IMG/VR virus record: IMGVR_UViG_3300006990_000036
Span: 1 to 55,341 of that record
Source of the DNA: a virus
Taxonomy: Duplodnaviria; Caudoviricetes
Reading direction: 5' to 3' (one strand)
DNA: 55,341 nt
Shown: positions 21,101-30,091 of the stretch, in pieces
How positions within the stretch are numbered: position 1 is the stretch's first letter
Layout: each line of letters starts with the position of its first letter
Program-made: the position numbers and the translations under genes
The notes under the pieces: model-generated
What the model was told of the DNA's origin: nothing
The model's input: only the letters and a program-made list of their open reading frames with translations
Database searches by the model: none

Positions 21101-21481
21101 ATGGACATTTTCAGATTAGAAAATGCTGACGGCTACGGTCTACGGGTGTACTACGATGGTGTCAGCATTAAGGTTGACTTTACGGACGGTACAGAAACAG
21201 AGTCTGTTTCTTACACTGAGGTACCTGCGTTTGGTGAGTGGCATGTTGTCGTAGTTAGGCGTGATCCTGAGGCTGGGCTTGTTTTGAACGTGGACGGCGT
21301 GGATGTACAGACTGCCACGATTAGTGCGACCCAAACTTTCGCTGATCCGGTTAACCTTGGTCGGATTGGTCAGGGCGCTGGTAACACTTTCAATTCTCGG
21401 TTTGCGTTGTCGCACTTTGCAATATTTGATAGGTATGTAGAAGACAATGAAATTACGCTCTTAAACAGCGAAATTTCGTAG
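18188..21481 (+). CDS. Large baseplate/tail protein (gpI-like segment, C-terminal LamG/concanavalin-like domain)
   Basis: DPATAP..ALPWLASVTG resembles tail protein I; C-term GEWHVVVVRR..L.VDG..IG..FAIFDR. Confidence 0.6.
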   Translation: MAHRHLNLFDGNQSNFTNRDRSNLGGWTVASSDTSANRLDNRGFYAGYNPNALADFMKNSLGVFTTGTATEMEVHSPWMAAEPSTLYMFSLMVFAQVGGFNVVLEAEGNSVASDSGATTINSSSAVEFSENTGGRATLNVSNGAGSGDTSYQFIKVIVKATNSAGGSLPASRFIWLYDPVIGEYGLEKAGVVTRFVYDDFPAFMKLDDTNINDLVKNSQPQLPLFRFTETMCFVLDHVDDEAADYVYVRATEGTESKSKLVDPATAPASALPWLASVTGTTLLTSSSGFTPWLGLEEYDGPDSGTTPGQWDDWEALPDWSQLQALNPDFFDTVQGYRDQIATGVSGINGGRPDALVAYTRTLLDAAAPDAEIVVFVHSDFENSFKGKMLVDPSVDPDPTGSLIVDALNASGSAGSQIRKVSAVYDSGVGSFDMSKVLYPATYSNAAAKGLAEMDTSFIDDKDGFARHLLMNDDESASVPEVAGGIGSAHFSTGTQYFYGQQDGSPFDSGSVVTDASVSLDLGGLSTGLDVVVELSDVTFPEAAVDTAGDGGNTPADWLFREKRLIICGADTDTGTPGNDWALYMVSGLTSGSDSDVRLLFIDGYRTQNANNYAYSSPLDKSSLAKQGTFYVRVSVTSGGAVSFFAQPDDHDDWGSNTLGTSTITGASVSAGATATVQLLGHTDVSSSVWSYAPALSCGVKHAKVFAAPISFANDGVTSSSNIAYIDGRGTTSHAMFGYNNPLLDMDFRELSVYDSTFDCTLTVDGASSNLNTTVNSSPLADNDYRVMAIKSNLDGNGNPTLWYFGAAPSAGDTLAAALTASTSYDVKSYAVDAATGAETSTAHTIAADGSGDLTLDTTIQSGYYSGKTLSKIEVWDSTDGSASGTRVAYYLPTTISGSATSGIDDDSITWTLTRNFPASAVAYVPAQSLTKDAIHMYEGSPYLNNTPTVEVYDKFSVALQVRRFWNDTGVTMDIFRLENADGYGLRVYYDGVSIKVDFTDGTETESVSYTEVPAFGEWHVVVVRRDPEAGLVLNVDGVDVQTATISATQTFADPVNLGRIGQGAGNTFNSRFALSHFAIFDRYVEDNEITLLNSEIS

Positions 21482-21507
21482 TACAATATCTTGTAGGAGG
21501 CTTAATT

Positions 21508-22938
21508 ATGACTATTTCAACCACAGCACGGCTTGGTATTACACGCTGGACTTCAGGCGCTGATGCTTTTACTCGTGCAGATATGGATGACTCACACAAC
21601 GAATTAGAGTCCAGAGTTGCTGGTTTTGATAACGGCGGTAGTCAGCCGACTGGGAGTTCGGTTAAGGCCGGTTTCTTCCACTATACCACGACTGATTCTG
21701 CCGTTGGTCAGTTGTCGTACTGTAACGGCGACACTTATTTCGATATTGCTGCGCCGGGTGCGGCTGTTTCGTTAGATGGTGCTTTGGCTAGTGGTACCGC
21801 CACAACTTTTGCTCGTTCTGATCATAAGCACTCTTTGGATGACAGTATTGTTACGACAGCTAAGATTAACGATGCTGCTGTGACTACGGTGAAGATTGCG
21901 GACTCAAATGTTACTAATGCTAAGGTTGCTTCTGGTTTGTCTGCGGATAAGTTGACGACTGGTGTCCTTCCTGATGCTCGTATTGCTTCTGGTGCTATTG
22001 CTACGGTTAAGTTGGCTAATGGCGCTGTTACGAACGCTAAGTTGGCTTCGACTGGTTTGGATGCTACGAAGTTTACGACGGGCACGCTTGACTCCGCTCG
22101 TATTGCATCAAACTCTATTACTAACGCACAGATTTCACATATGGCTGCTAACTCGGTTAAGGTTAGGAACGCTGGTTCTACTGGCGATCCCGGCGATCTT
22201 GCAATTGCTGCTAACCGTGTTTTGGGTCGTGATGGCTCAAATAATCTGAGTAGCACGCAAATCAAAACAGACATGATCGCTACTTCTGCTGTTTCTTACG
22301 CTAAGATGCAAAACATTTCTAGTGGTTACAGTATTTTAGGTAAGACAGGTACAGGGGCTGGTAATGTTGCTGAAATCACAGCAGGGACAGATTCTGTTCT
22401 GCGTCGTGATGGTTCTGGTAACTTGGGGTTTGGTAAGATTGACGGTAATCATATCACTAGTAACTCTATTACTGCCACGCAGATTAATGCTAACGCTGTT
22501 GGTTCATCTGAGTTGGCTAACAGTGCTGTTGATACTGCTGCGATTCAAAACTCCGCTGTTACTGGTGCAAAAATTCTAAACGATACTATTGCTTTAGGGA
22601 CGAAAACCACTGGCGCATATGTTCGCCGTATTATTGCTGGAACGAGTATCGGTGTGTCAAGTAACGATACCGAGACTTCTTCAGTGACTATCGAGCATGG
22701 AAACACTTCTAACCTAAACGGCTTCTACGGCGGCAACAATAACGCTAATGTTATTGAAGATATTACTGTTGACTCTAACGGTCATGTCACTGGTGTAGGT
22801 ACCCGTGACATGGATACTTTTTTCTTACGTAAGGGCAATTCCTACGGCGATTCAAGTGCTAACAATGGTCGGAGAATTTACGTCCAGTCAGGAACCCCTG
22901 CTGTTGGCTCGTCTGGTAACCTATGGTTCCAGATTTAA
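21508..22938 (+). CDS. Tail fibre protein with (V/I)TxAK(I/L)A repeats
   Basis: FARSDHKH, many VTTAKI/VTNAKL units, ITVDSNGHVT, C-term GNLWFQI. Confidence 0.75.
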   Translation: MTISTTARLGITRWTSGADAFTRADMDDSHNELESRVAGFDNGGSQPTGSSVKAGFFHYTTTDSAVGQLSYCNGDTYFDIAAPGAAVSLDGALASGTATTFARSDHKHSLDDSIVTTAKINDAAVTTVKIADSNVTNAKVASGLSADKLTTGVLPDARIASGAIATVKLANGAVTNAKLASTGLDATKFTTGTLDSARIASNSITNAQISHMAANSVKVRNAGSTGDPGDLAIAANRVLGRDGSNNLSSTQIKTDMIATSAVSYAKMQNISSGYSILGKTGTGAGNVAEITAGTDSVLRRDGSGNLGFGKIDGNHITSNSITATQINANAVGSSELANSAVDTAAIQNSAVTGAKILNDTIALGTKTTGAYVRRIIAGTSIGVSSNDTETSSVTIEHGNTSNLNGFYGGNNNANVIEDITVDSNGHVTGVGTRDMDTFFLRKGNSYGDSSANNGRRIYVQSGTPAVGSSGNLWFQI

Positions 22939-22947
22939 AGGAACATT

Positions 22948-23808
22948 ATGGCGATTTACGGAAGTAACGGCAGCAGTTGGCGACCAGTAGCAAGCGGAGA
23001 TTTAAAAGCATCTAACGGTTCGTCTTGGAAAACAGTGAAGAAAGCCTATCGTAGTACAGGTTCCTTTTGGGACGAAGTTTACGTTGGCTCCGATCCACAA
23101 ACCTACTATTTTGTAAGTAGCGGCACGAAAGCGGCCCGTGGGACGGTATGGAAAACAAATTCAAATCAGGGCGGCGCAGCCTATCCTCAAATTAGCCGAT
23201 ATGAGACTAGCTATGGTGTTTTTCCTTGGTATGGTCTTATCAACTTTTACTTGGACACGTCGGGCGTTTCTTTAGCGACGAGAATGGCGGAACGCCCTAT
23301 AGTTAAGTCAGCCTACTTCAATGTTATGCGATGGGGTTCGGGCGGGTTTGGTTCGGGCTACGGAAACTTTTACCTTGGCAGGTACCAAGGAAATTACTAT
23401 GCAAACACACCTAGTAATACACTTTGCGACTTTTCTGCTTATGTTGGTAAAAACTATAATCAGACACCAAGCGGGCGGGTAGGTACGACTGTTTACTACA
23501 ACGACGGATATCTCACGAGGTCTGAGTTTATTGGTGGCGACCCCATAGGTTTCCCTAATCAGGGAAATATTGCGGGCAATGGTTTGGAGCTTGGAGGTCA
23601 CCGCCAAAGCTTAGTCAGTCACTTAACTGGCGGAGCGTTGTGTATGTCACACACCCTGTCTAACCACGGTGGAAGCCGAGGGCTTGGCAGTCTGTACGCT
23701 GCAAGCTATGCAGAACAGGCAAACTATTGGAACTTTTGGCCTGCCGGTGCAATGGTCTACGGTGTACACATTGGCCCTACGTTGATTGTTACGTTAGATT
23801 ACGTTTAA
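22948..23808 (+). CDS. Tail-associated / receptor-binding protein
   Basis: N-term NGSSW repeats (WKTVKKAY..GSFWDEVY); Gly/Tyr/Asn-rich; follows a fibre gene. Confidence 0.55.
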   Translation: MAIYGSNGSSWRPVASGDLKASNGSSWKTVKKAYRSTGSFWDEVYVGSDPQTYYFVSSGTKAARGTVWKTNSNQGGAAYPQISRYETSYGVFPWYGLINFYLDTSGVSLATRMAERPIVKSAYFNVMRWGSGGFGSGYGNFYLGRYQGNYYANTPSNTLCDFSAYVGKNYNQTPSGRVGTTVYYNDGYLTRSEFIGGDPIGFPNQGNIAGNGLELGGHRQSLVSHLTGGALCMSHTLSNHGGSRGLGSLYAASYAEQANYWNFWPAGAMVYGVHIGPTLIVTLDYV

Positions 23809-23843
23809 GACTCCGAAAGGGGGGAATACGAGAGGGGTATACA

Positions 23844-24146
23844 ATGTGGGTACAATTTTTAAACATGACTGTGCCCGCTTTGGTTGGTTCGGCGGTCACG
23901 TTTAGCGGAATTATTTTTTCAAACCGTCGAAAAACTCAAAAGCTAAACTTAGATATGGATGCTGCACAAGATATTGTCTGGCTAGACTTAGTGAAGCAAA
24001 GTCGTATAGAATACGCATTACAGAGAAAAGAAAACAATCGGCTAAGGTATATAAGCCATCATCTGCAAGAGGAGATTTCGGTCTTAGAGCAAAAAAATGC
24101 TGATATGCAAGCAGAATTGTTGAGGCTACGTTCACTATATGATTAG
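23844..24146 (+). CDS. Small membrane protein with coiled coil (holin- or spanin-like?)
   Basis: N-terminal hydrophobic segment, then RRK and a coiled coil; start moved to ATG 23844. Confidence 0.45.
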   Translation: MWVQFLNMTVPALVGSAVTFSGIIFSNRRKTQKLNLDMDAAQDIVWLDLVKQSRIEYALQRKENNRLRYISHHLQEEISVLEQKNADMQAELLRLRSLYD

Positions 24147-24155
24147 GAGAGTTAC

Positions 24156-24494
24156 ATGTCAGAAGATGTTGTGCCGTGGAGTGAGCGTAGCGATGATGAG
24201 TCAGTAGATGATTTGCTAGGTCTGCTTGCTGACGCCTTAGAAGAAACTAAATCTCCCACAAAGCACGGAACCCCTAGTGAAGTGGTGGACGAGTTAGTTT
24301 CCAACGTTTTTGATTCCCGAGGCGAGACCGGCATTTTAGGTCATTTTATTTTTGCTGGCGAAGTTATTGATGAAGACGGTACTGCTCACTTAATGGTTGT
24401 CACGTCAGACAACATGCCTGAGTGGGTGGCCCGTGGCATGATTATGGCTGCGGATGATTACATTGCCGGGGGTGCGATTGATGACTGCGGCTAG
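24156..24494 (+). CDS. Hypothetical protein
   Basis: 112 aa acidic ORF with SD AGGAG; PEWVARGM motif. Confidence 0.6.
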   Translation: MSEDVVPWSERSDDESVDDLLGLLADALEETKSPTKHGTPSEVVDELVSNVFDSRGETGILGHFIFAGEVIDEDGTAHLMVVTSDNMPEWVARGMIMAADDYIAGGAIDDCG

Positions 24495-24822
24495 GGCTGA
24501 CTTTTTTTGCACTCCGGGTTCCGATTTTACAGGCACAATTACTGTACAGAATCCAGATTTAGCTGTGGCATCGTTACAGTACTGGGGATCACGTATGCAG
24601 GTGCGTAGGTCATATAGATCAGATTCTGCTCTCATCGAACTATCTACCACGAATGGTAGGATTCAGCATGACTCAGAAACTGCTAAAATAACATTAAGTT
24701 TATCGGCTAGCGAAACAAGTGGCTTAGAACTTGGTGATCATGTGTACGACCTTGAGGTTTATTCAACTGGCTCCAAGCCTGCTATTGTGAGGCTAATTAA
24801 GGGCACGTTTAGTGTGGAGTAA
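24481..24822 (+). CDS. Virion structural protein (paralog of 15317..15661)
   Basis: RMQVRR..LIELSTTNGRI..VYDLEV..RLIKGTF aligns by eye with 15317. Confidence 0.65.
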   Translation: MTAARADFFCTPGSDFTGTITVQNPDLAVASLQYWGSRMQVRRSYRSDSALIELSTTNGRIQHDSETAKITLSLSASETSGLELGDHVYDLEVYSTGSKPAIVRLIKGTFSVE

Positions 24823-24824
24823 AA

Positions 24825-25304
24825 ATGGCAGACTATACTGTAACTGTTGAAGATACGGCGGGCAACATTGTCACGGCCCAAGACATCGTTAATGCTATCA
24901 CCATTTCGGAAACTGATGCTAACGCAGTTACTGTTGTTGCATCTACGTTCATTAATGATGCTGGTGCATCGTCTAACTTATTTTATGCTGCCTCTCCCCC
25001 TGCCGACTCTTTAGGTGACGAAGGAGCTTTTTATATTGACACTTCTTCGGGTAATCTTTGGGGACCGAAGGGCGAAACGTCGTGGGGGAACGATCCTTTA
25101 CCGTTGATCCCTAAACGGTTTACTTTCACACAGGCGTCTGCTGCTAGTTCTTGGTCAATTGCGCATACTTTGGATGGTTTCCCGTCTGTAACTGTTGTAG
25201 ATTCTGCGGGGACAGTGGTGGTTGGTACGGTATCATATAATAGTACAAGCAGTGTGACAGTTTCGTTTGAATCTGCATTTGCGGGTAAAGCGTACCTAAC
25301 ATAA
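24825..25304 (+). CDS. Virion structural protein
   Basis: G.EGAFYIDT...LWGPK, W.I.H.L..FPSVTVVDSAG, AFAGKAYL motifs seen in fibre-associated proteins. Confidence 0.6.
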   Translation: MADYTVTVEDTAGNIVTAQDIVNAITISETDANAVTVVASTFINDAGASSNLFYAASPPADSLGDEGAFYIDTSSGNLWGPKGETSWGNDPLPLIPKRFTFTQASAASSWSIAHTLDGFPSVTVVDSAGTVVVGTVSYNSTSSVTVSFESAFAGKAYLT

Positions 25305-25317
25305 GTTTGGAGAGGCA

Positions 25318-27192
25318 ATGGCTCAAAAATTCTTAACTAATCTTGATCTAAATAAGAATGAGTTGCAGAACGCTAAGATTCAGAATCTTGGCACTGCTCC
25401 TAGTTCTCCTGAAGATGGTCAAGTTTACTTTGATACGGGCGACAACGCTCTAAAGATTTATGACGGTACCTCGTGGATTAACCTTCACGAAGGTGACATT
25501 TCTGGCGTTACTGCGGGCACTGGGTTGTCTGGCGGTGGTACCAGTGGTACGGTTACAGTAAACTTAGCGGACACTGCTGTTTCGGCAGGCTCGTATGGCT
25601 CTGCCACTTCTATTCCTACATTTACGGTGGATGCACAAGGCCGCTTGACTGCGGTTAGCACAGCCTCCATTTCAACCAACCTTGCGTTCACAGATGACAA
25701 CACCACGTCTGCTAGTGTTGCCCTTAATGGCGGCACACTGAGCATTCTTGGCGGCACTGGTGTCAGCACGTCTGCTAACGATTCTTCTGATTCACTTACG
25801 GTTTCAATTGGTCAGGCGGTAGGCACTACTGCTGATGTTACGTTCAACTCTGTTACTGCTGATCTGACAGGTGACGTTACGGGTAACGCAGATACAGCGA
25901 CTGCTCTTGAAACTGCTCGCACCCTCGGCGGAGTCTCGTTTGACGGCACAGCGAACATCGACCTTCCAGGCGTAAACACGTCGGGCAATCAAGACACTTC
26001 AGGCAATGCGGCTACGGCCACTGCGCTTGAAACGGCCCGCACTATCGGACTTTCTGGTGATGTTACTGCCTCGGGCGTAGCTTTTGATGGAACAGGTAAC
26101 ATCACTTTAACTACAGCGATGGCAAATAATAGTGTCGATCTTGGGACGCATACTACCGGAGATTATGTTCAGAATCTTGTTGCTGGAACCGGTGTATCTG
26201 TTTCGGTTACTTCTGGTGAAGGCCAGACTCCTACTGTGGCGATTGGTCAGGCTGTAGGGACTAGCGACAATGTAACTTTCAATGATCTTACGGTATCTGG
26301 CGATCTGACGGTCAGCGGTACGACGACAACTATTAACACTGCTACCCTTTCTGTTGAAGACTCTCTTATCATTTTAGCTAGTGGTAACGATGCTGCTGAT
26401 TCGGTGGACATTGGTTTTTACGGCCTTTACGACACCTCGGGTTCACAAGACCTATACGCTGGCCTTTTCCGTGACGCTTCAGACGGTAAGTTCCGTTTGT
26501 TTAAGGATTCGCAGGCGGCTCCGACCGGTACCGTGGATATCGGCGGTACGGGCTATTCGATTGCTTCGCTTGTCGCCAATATTGAGGGTGACATTACTGG
26601 GAACGCTGGTACGGCTACGGCGCTGGAAACTGCTCGCACTATTGGCGGTGTATCGTTTGATGGGACAGCTAATATTGATCTGCCTGGCGTCAATACGTCG
26701 GGTAATCAGGATACGTCAGGCAACGCAGCTAGCGCTACTGCCCTAGAGACTGCCCGCACAATTAACGGTGTTTCTTTTGACGGTACAGCAAATATTACTG
26801 TAACTGCGGCAGCGGGTACACTCACTGGTACGGAGCTAAACTCTTCGGTTGTTACTTCTTCGTTGACCTCTCTCGGTACCATTGCTACAGGTGTGTGGGC
26901 TGCTACGGATGTTGCTGTTGCCCACGGCGGTACGGGCGCTTCTGATGCGGCTGGAGCTAAAACCAATCTAGGGTTTATGACCCGGTATGCGGCGACAATT
27001 GGAAATAACTCCGACGCTGCAATCGCCGTGACACACAGCCTCGGGTCTGAGGATGTAATTGTCGAAGTCTACGACGCCGCCACTAAAGAAACTGTTATTT
27101 GTGATGTTGACCGTACAAGTGCTAACGAGGTCACATTGACGTTCTCCTCAGCCCCCGACACTAACGCTCTCCGGGTCGTTATTATTGGCTGA
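25318..27192 (+). CDS. Tail fibre protein with an internal duplication
   Basis: Two copies of ATALETART.GGVSFDGTANIDLPGVNTSGNQDTSGNA; FTVDAQGRLT; VAHGGTGA. Confidence 0.8.
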   Translation: MAQKFLTNLDLNKNELQNAKIQNLGTAPSSPEDGQVYFDTGDNALKIYDGTSWINLHEGDISGVTAGTGLSGGGTSGTVTVNLADTAVSAGSYGSATSIPTFTVDAQGRLTAVSTASISTNLAFTDDNTTSASVALNGGTLSILGGTGVSTSANDSSDSLTVSIGQAVGTTADVTFNSVTADLTGDVTGNADTATALETARTLGGVSFDGTANIDLPGVNTSGNQDTSGNAATATALETARTIGLSGDVTASGVAFDGTGNITLTTAMANNSVDLGTHTTGDYVQNLVAGTGVSVSVTSGEGQTPTVAIGQAVGTSDNVTFNDLTVSGDLTVSGTTTTINTATLSVEDSLIILASGNDAADSVDIGFYGLYDTSGSQDLYAGLFRDASDGKFRLFKDSQAAPTGTVDIGGTGYSIASLVANIEGDITGNAGTATALETARTIGGVSFDGTANIDLPGVNTSGNQDTSGNAASATALETARTINGVSFDGTANITVTAAAGTLTGTELNSSVVTSSLTSLGTIATGVWAATDVAVAHGGTGASDAAGAKTNLGFMTRYAATIGNNSDAAIAVTHSLGSEDVIVEVYDAATKETVICDVDRTSANEVTLTFSSAPDTNALRVVIIG

Positions 27193-27281
27193 TAAGATGT
27201 CACGGGAAAACAAACCGTGGCGCTACGGGTCCATGCGACAGTGAGGATCAGTAGTTACTCCGCCGTGCAGGCGATTACCCG

Positions 27282-27323
27282 ACAAGGGGTGGGGCTGGTT
27301 GTAGAATCCGCCCCACCTCTTGT
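27282..27323 (+). terminator. Strong intergenic hairpin (terminator-like or part of a structured leader)
   Basis: ACAAGGGGTGGGGC pairs with GCCCCACCTCTTGT (14 bp, one G-U); no clear U tract. Confidence 0.5.
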
Positions 27324-27388
27324 GCTAGAATAAGGGTAGTACTACTGATGTGCTTGAGGGCACACTGTTCTAAGGATCGGTTGAGGCC

Positions 27389-30091
27389 GTGGCAAGAAAA
27401 TTCAAGACTCCTATAACTATTGACGATTTAGGCTCTGCTTCTTCGCAGGCGCTGGCCGCTAATGTAGATGGTGATTCACAGAATCGTATCAATATTGATG
27501 CGGGCGGTAAGATTACTTGGGGTTCTGGTTCTGCCACTGGCGACACAACACTTTACAGGGCTACCGCTGATACTCTGAAGACGGATGATGCTTTCACTGC
27601 CACGTCTTTGGCTGTTACGGGCCAGTTTACTTTCCCTACGTCGGATGGTTCTGCGGATCAGGTTATTACGACTAATGGTTCTGGTACGTTAACTTGGTCT
27701 GATGTTTCTGCGAATGCGTCGGTGTCTGAGACCCCTCCGTCGTCTCCGGCGACTGGTCAAATTTGGTACGAGTCGGACACGGGCAAAACATTTGTTTATT
27801 ATGATTCGTTTTGGATTGAGGTTGGTGCATCGCCACCTTCGTCTCCTTTTATTACGGATTTGGATGAAGATACGAAGATTCAGGTTGAGGAGTCTTCGGA
27901 TGAGGATAAGATTCGTTTTGATACTGCTGGTTCGGAGCGGATGATTATTGATGCGTCGGGCAATGTCGGTATCGGTACAACCTCTCCTGCTTACAAATTA
28001 GATGTGGCCGGAGACATACACATCAGCAACGCAGACCCGTATTTGATCTTTACTGACACGGACACGAACGCAGAATCTCGGATTTCCGCATCTTCTAGTG
28101 TCGGATCATTGATTATTGATGCTGACTTCAGCAATGAACAGGCTGGTACGAATATCGTCTTTAAGAGCGACGGCGTTGAGCGTATGCGTATCAACGATTC
28201 TGGCAATGTCGGTATCGGTACAGCGTCACCTAGCGCAGAGTTGGATATCAAGGGTGCATCTAATCCTGAGATTCGTTTCCAGTCAACGGACAGTAGCGAC
28301 CCGTTTATCTATTTTGGCGATCAGGTTGATGCTGTTCGTGGCGGTATCGGTTTTGATACTTCTGCTAACCAGTTGCAGTTGCGAGGCTACAACAACAGCA
28401 CTCGGATAGCGATTGACTCCTCTGGCAATGTCGGTATCGGCACCACGTCGCCTAGCGATTTGTTGCATATTGACGCTGGTACTTCTGGAGCCATAAAAAT
28501 TGGTACAACTGGTGGGCGTATTGCTGCATTAACCGCTAATGATTCAGAACCATACTTGTCTGTTGGGTCAACTTCGTCTCATTCTTTTGCAATAATGACT
28601 AATGGCTCTCGGCGCTTAATTGTTAATTCGTCTGGCAATGTCGGAATTGGTGATAGTTCACCGTCGTACACGTTAGATGTTAACGGTACGGTTCGCTCTG
28701 TTGGCAAGTTGACGGCGGCAAACGGTATCGACGGATTGACGTTAGCTAACGACGGCATCGCTGGCGACAACTACAACATTACTGGCGTCAACCAGATGAC
28801 GATCAACGACGAGGGCGAGGGCATCGCCTGGCCGAACGTCACGATGTATCAGGAGCCAGGAGACACAGACCGCCTGACGTTGACAGGCCACTTCGCACCA
28901 TCCGCTTCCAACACTTACGACCTTGGTACGTCGTCGGATTTTTGGCGGAATGCCTACATTGCTGGCAACATCTACATGGGCGCAAACGACTACATTGATT
29001 ACGACGACTCAACTAACTACTTTAAGTTGATTGCTGACGGGTCCGTCCGTCACGAGTTTTACCCTGGCCGCATCAAGGTGCTCAACACCGGTTGGTGTAC
29101 GCTGGGTGCGGACAGTACTTGGGGTCGCCTTGAAACTGACCGTGGCAAGTTCTACATCAACAAAGAAATTTGGGTTGATGAAGGCAAGGTGTCGTCATAC
29201 AACGAAAACTTGTCGCTACAAGACTCCGGTACGACGGTTATGACGTTGGACGCTGCGGCGAACGTAAACGGTTCGGCGCTGATCTATCAGGGACAGGTAG
29301 ACAGCTACACGGACGCAGGTAAGAAAGCAGGGTTGCGTATCGTTAGCCGTTCTTCTTCCAGCGAGGCGACGGGCGGGCTGACTGGTTTTCTTTGTCAGAC
29401 TACGTACAGCACTGATCGTCACGTGCATGGCCGAGTATTTTGGAGTAGCGGCGACGTAATGACTTGGCGTAACTATGAGAACACGGCGTGGACCGGACAT
29501 CAAGCGGCGTTCTATACGGTCAGTTCAAGTGCCGAAACGAAGGAGCGTATTCGCACCGGCAGGGACGAGCGTGGCGTGTTGGACTACGCTGTACCAGGTC
29601 CCCGCAAAATGGCGTTCAAGCAGGCACGCAAGTTGCGTCCGGTGATCTTTGATGACGCCGTTCAGGAAACTCTGTATGAGTGGGACGGATGCCCTGATGG
29701 GCTTCATGAAACTCGTGACGAATGCACTGAAGCCAAGTGTGACGGAAAAGACAACATGATCAAGAAGTTGCACGTGTGCGACGACTACTTGTGTGGGGGC
29801 ACTAACGAAGAGCCATGTTGGCTGATTGAGCGGCATGTTGACCGTCCCGGCTTGATTGCTGAGGAAGTTAAGGAAATCTATCCGAAGGCTGTTTCACGAG
29901 ACGCCCACGGCGGTCACCTTGGTATTGATTACGCTGTCATTACAACCGAACTTATTAATACGGTAACCCATCTGTTAGAGGATAGAGACGAGATGCGAGA
30001 TCGAGCGGCGGCAGCTATTCACGCTCGTCGTAGGGCTGAGAGAAGTGTGGCTGACCTAGTGGCTCGTATTGAAGTATTGGAGAATAACTAA
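27389..30091 (+). CDS. Tail fibre with four GNVGIG repeats and a C-terminal S74-like chaperone
   Basis: ERM.I..SGNVGIGT.SP units; KLRPVIF..PGLIAEEV.EIYP..V..IDY; terminal coiled coil. Confidence 0.8.
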   Translation: MARKFKTPITIDDLGSASSQALAANVDGDSQNRINIDAGGKITWGSGSATGDTTLYRATADTLKTDDAFTATSLAVTGQFTFPTSDGSADQVITTNGSGTLTWSDVSANASVSETPPSSPATGQIWYESDTGKTFVYYDSFWIEVGASPPSSPFITDLDEDTKIQVEESSDEDKIRFDTAGSERMIIDASGNVGIGTTSPAYKLDVAGDIHISNADPYLIFTDTDTNAESRISASSSVGSLIIDADFSNEQAGTNIVFKSDGVERMRINDSGNVGIGTASPSAELDIKGASNPEIRFQSTDSSDPFIYFGDQVDAVRGGIGFDTSANQLQLRGYNNSTRIAIDSSGNVGIGTTSPSDLLHIDAGTSGAIKIGTTGGRIAALTANDSEPYLSVGSTSSHSFAIMTNGSRRLIVNSSGNVGIGDSSPSYTLDVNGTVRSVGKLTAANGIDGLTLANDGIAGDNYNITGVNQMTINDEGEGIAWPNVTMYQEPGDTDRLTLTGHFAPSASNTYDLGTSSDFWRNAYIAGNIYMGANDYIDYDDSTNYFKLIADGSVRHEFYPGRIKVLNTGWCTLGADSTWGRLETDRGKFYINKEIWVDEGKVSSYNENLSLQDSGTTVMTLDAAANVNGSALIYQGQVDSYTDAGKKAGLRIVSRSSSSEATGGLTGFLCQTTYSTDRHVHGRVFWSSGDVMTWRNYENTAWTGHQAAFYTVSSSAETKERIRTGRDERGVLDYAVPGPRKMAFKQARKLRPVIFDDAVQETLYEWDGCPDGLHETRDECTEAKCDGKDNMIKKLHVCDDYLCGGTNEEPCWLIERHVDRPGLIAEEVKEIYPKAVSRDAHGGHLGIDYAVITTELINTVTHLLEDRDEMRDRAAAAIHARRRAERSVADLVARIEVLENN

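Noticed and set aside
4661-28686. Diversity-generating retroelement TR/VR pair
   Set aside because: Only 30 nt, both copies coding and internal, and no reverse transcriptase in the window
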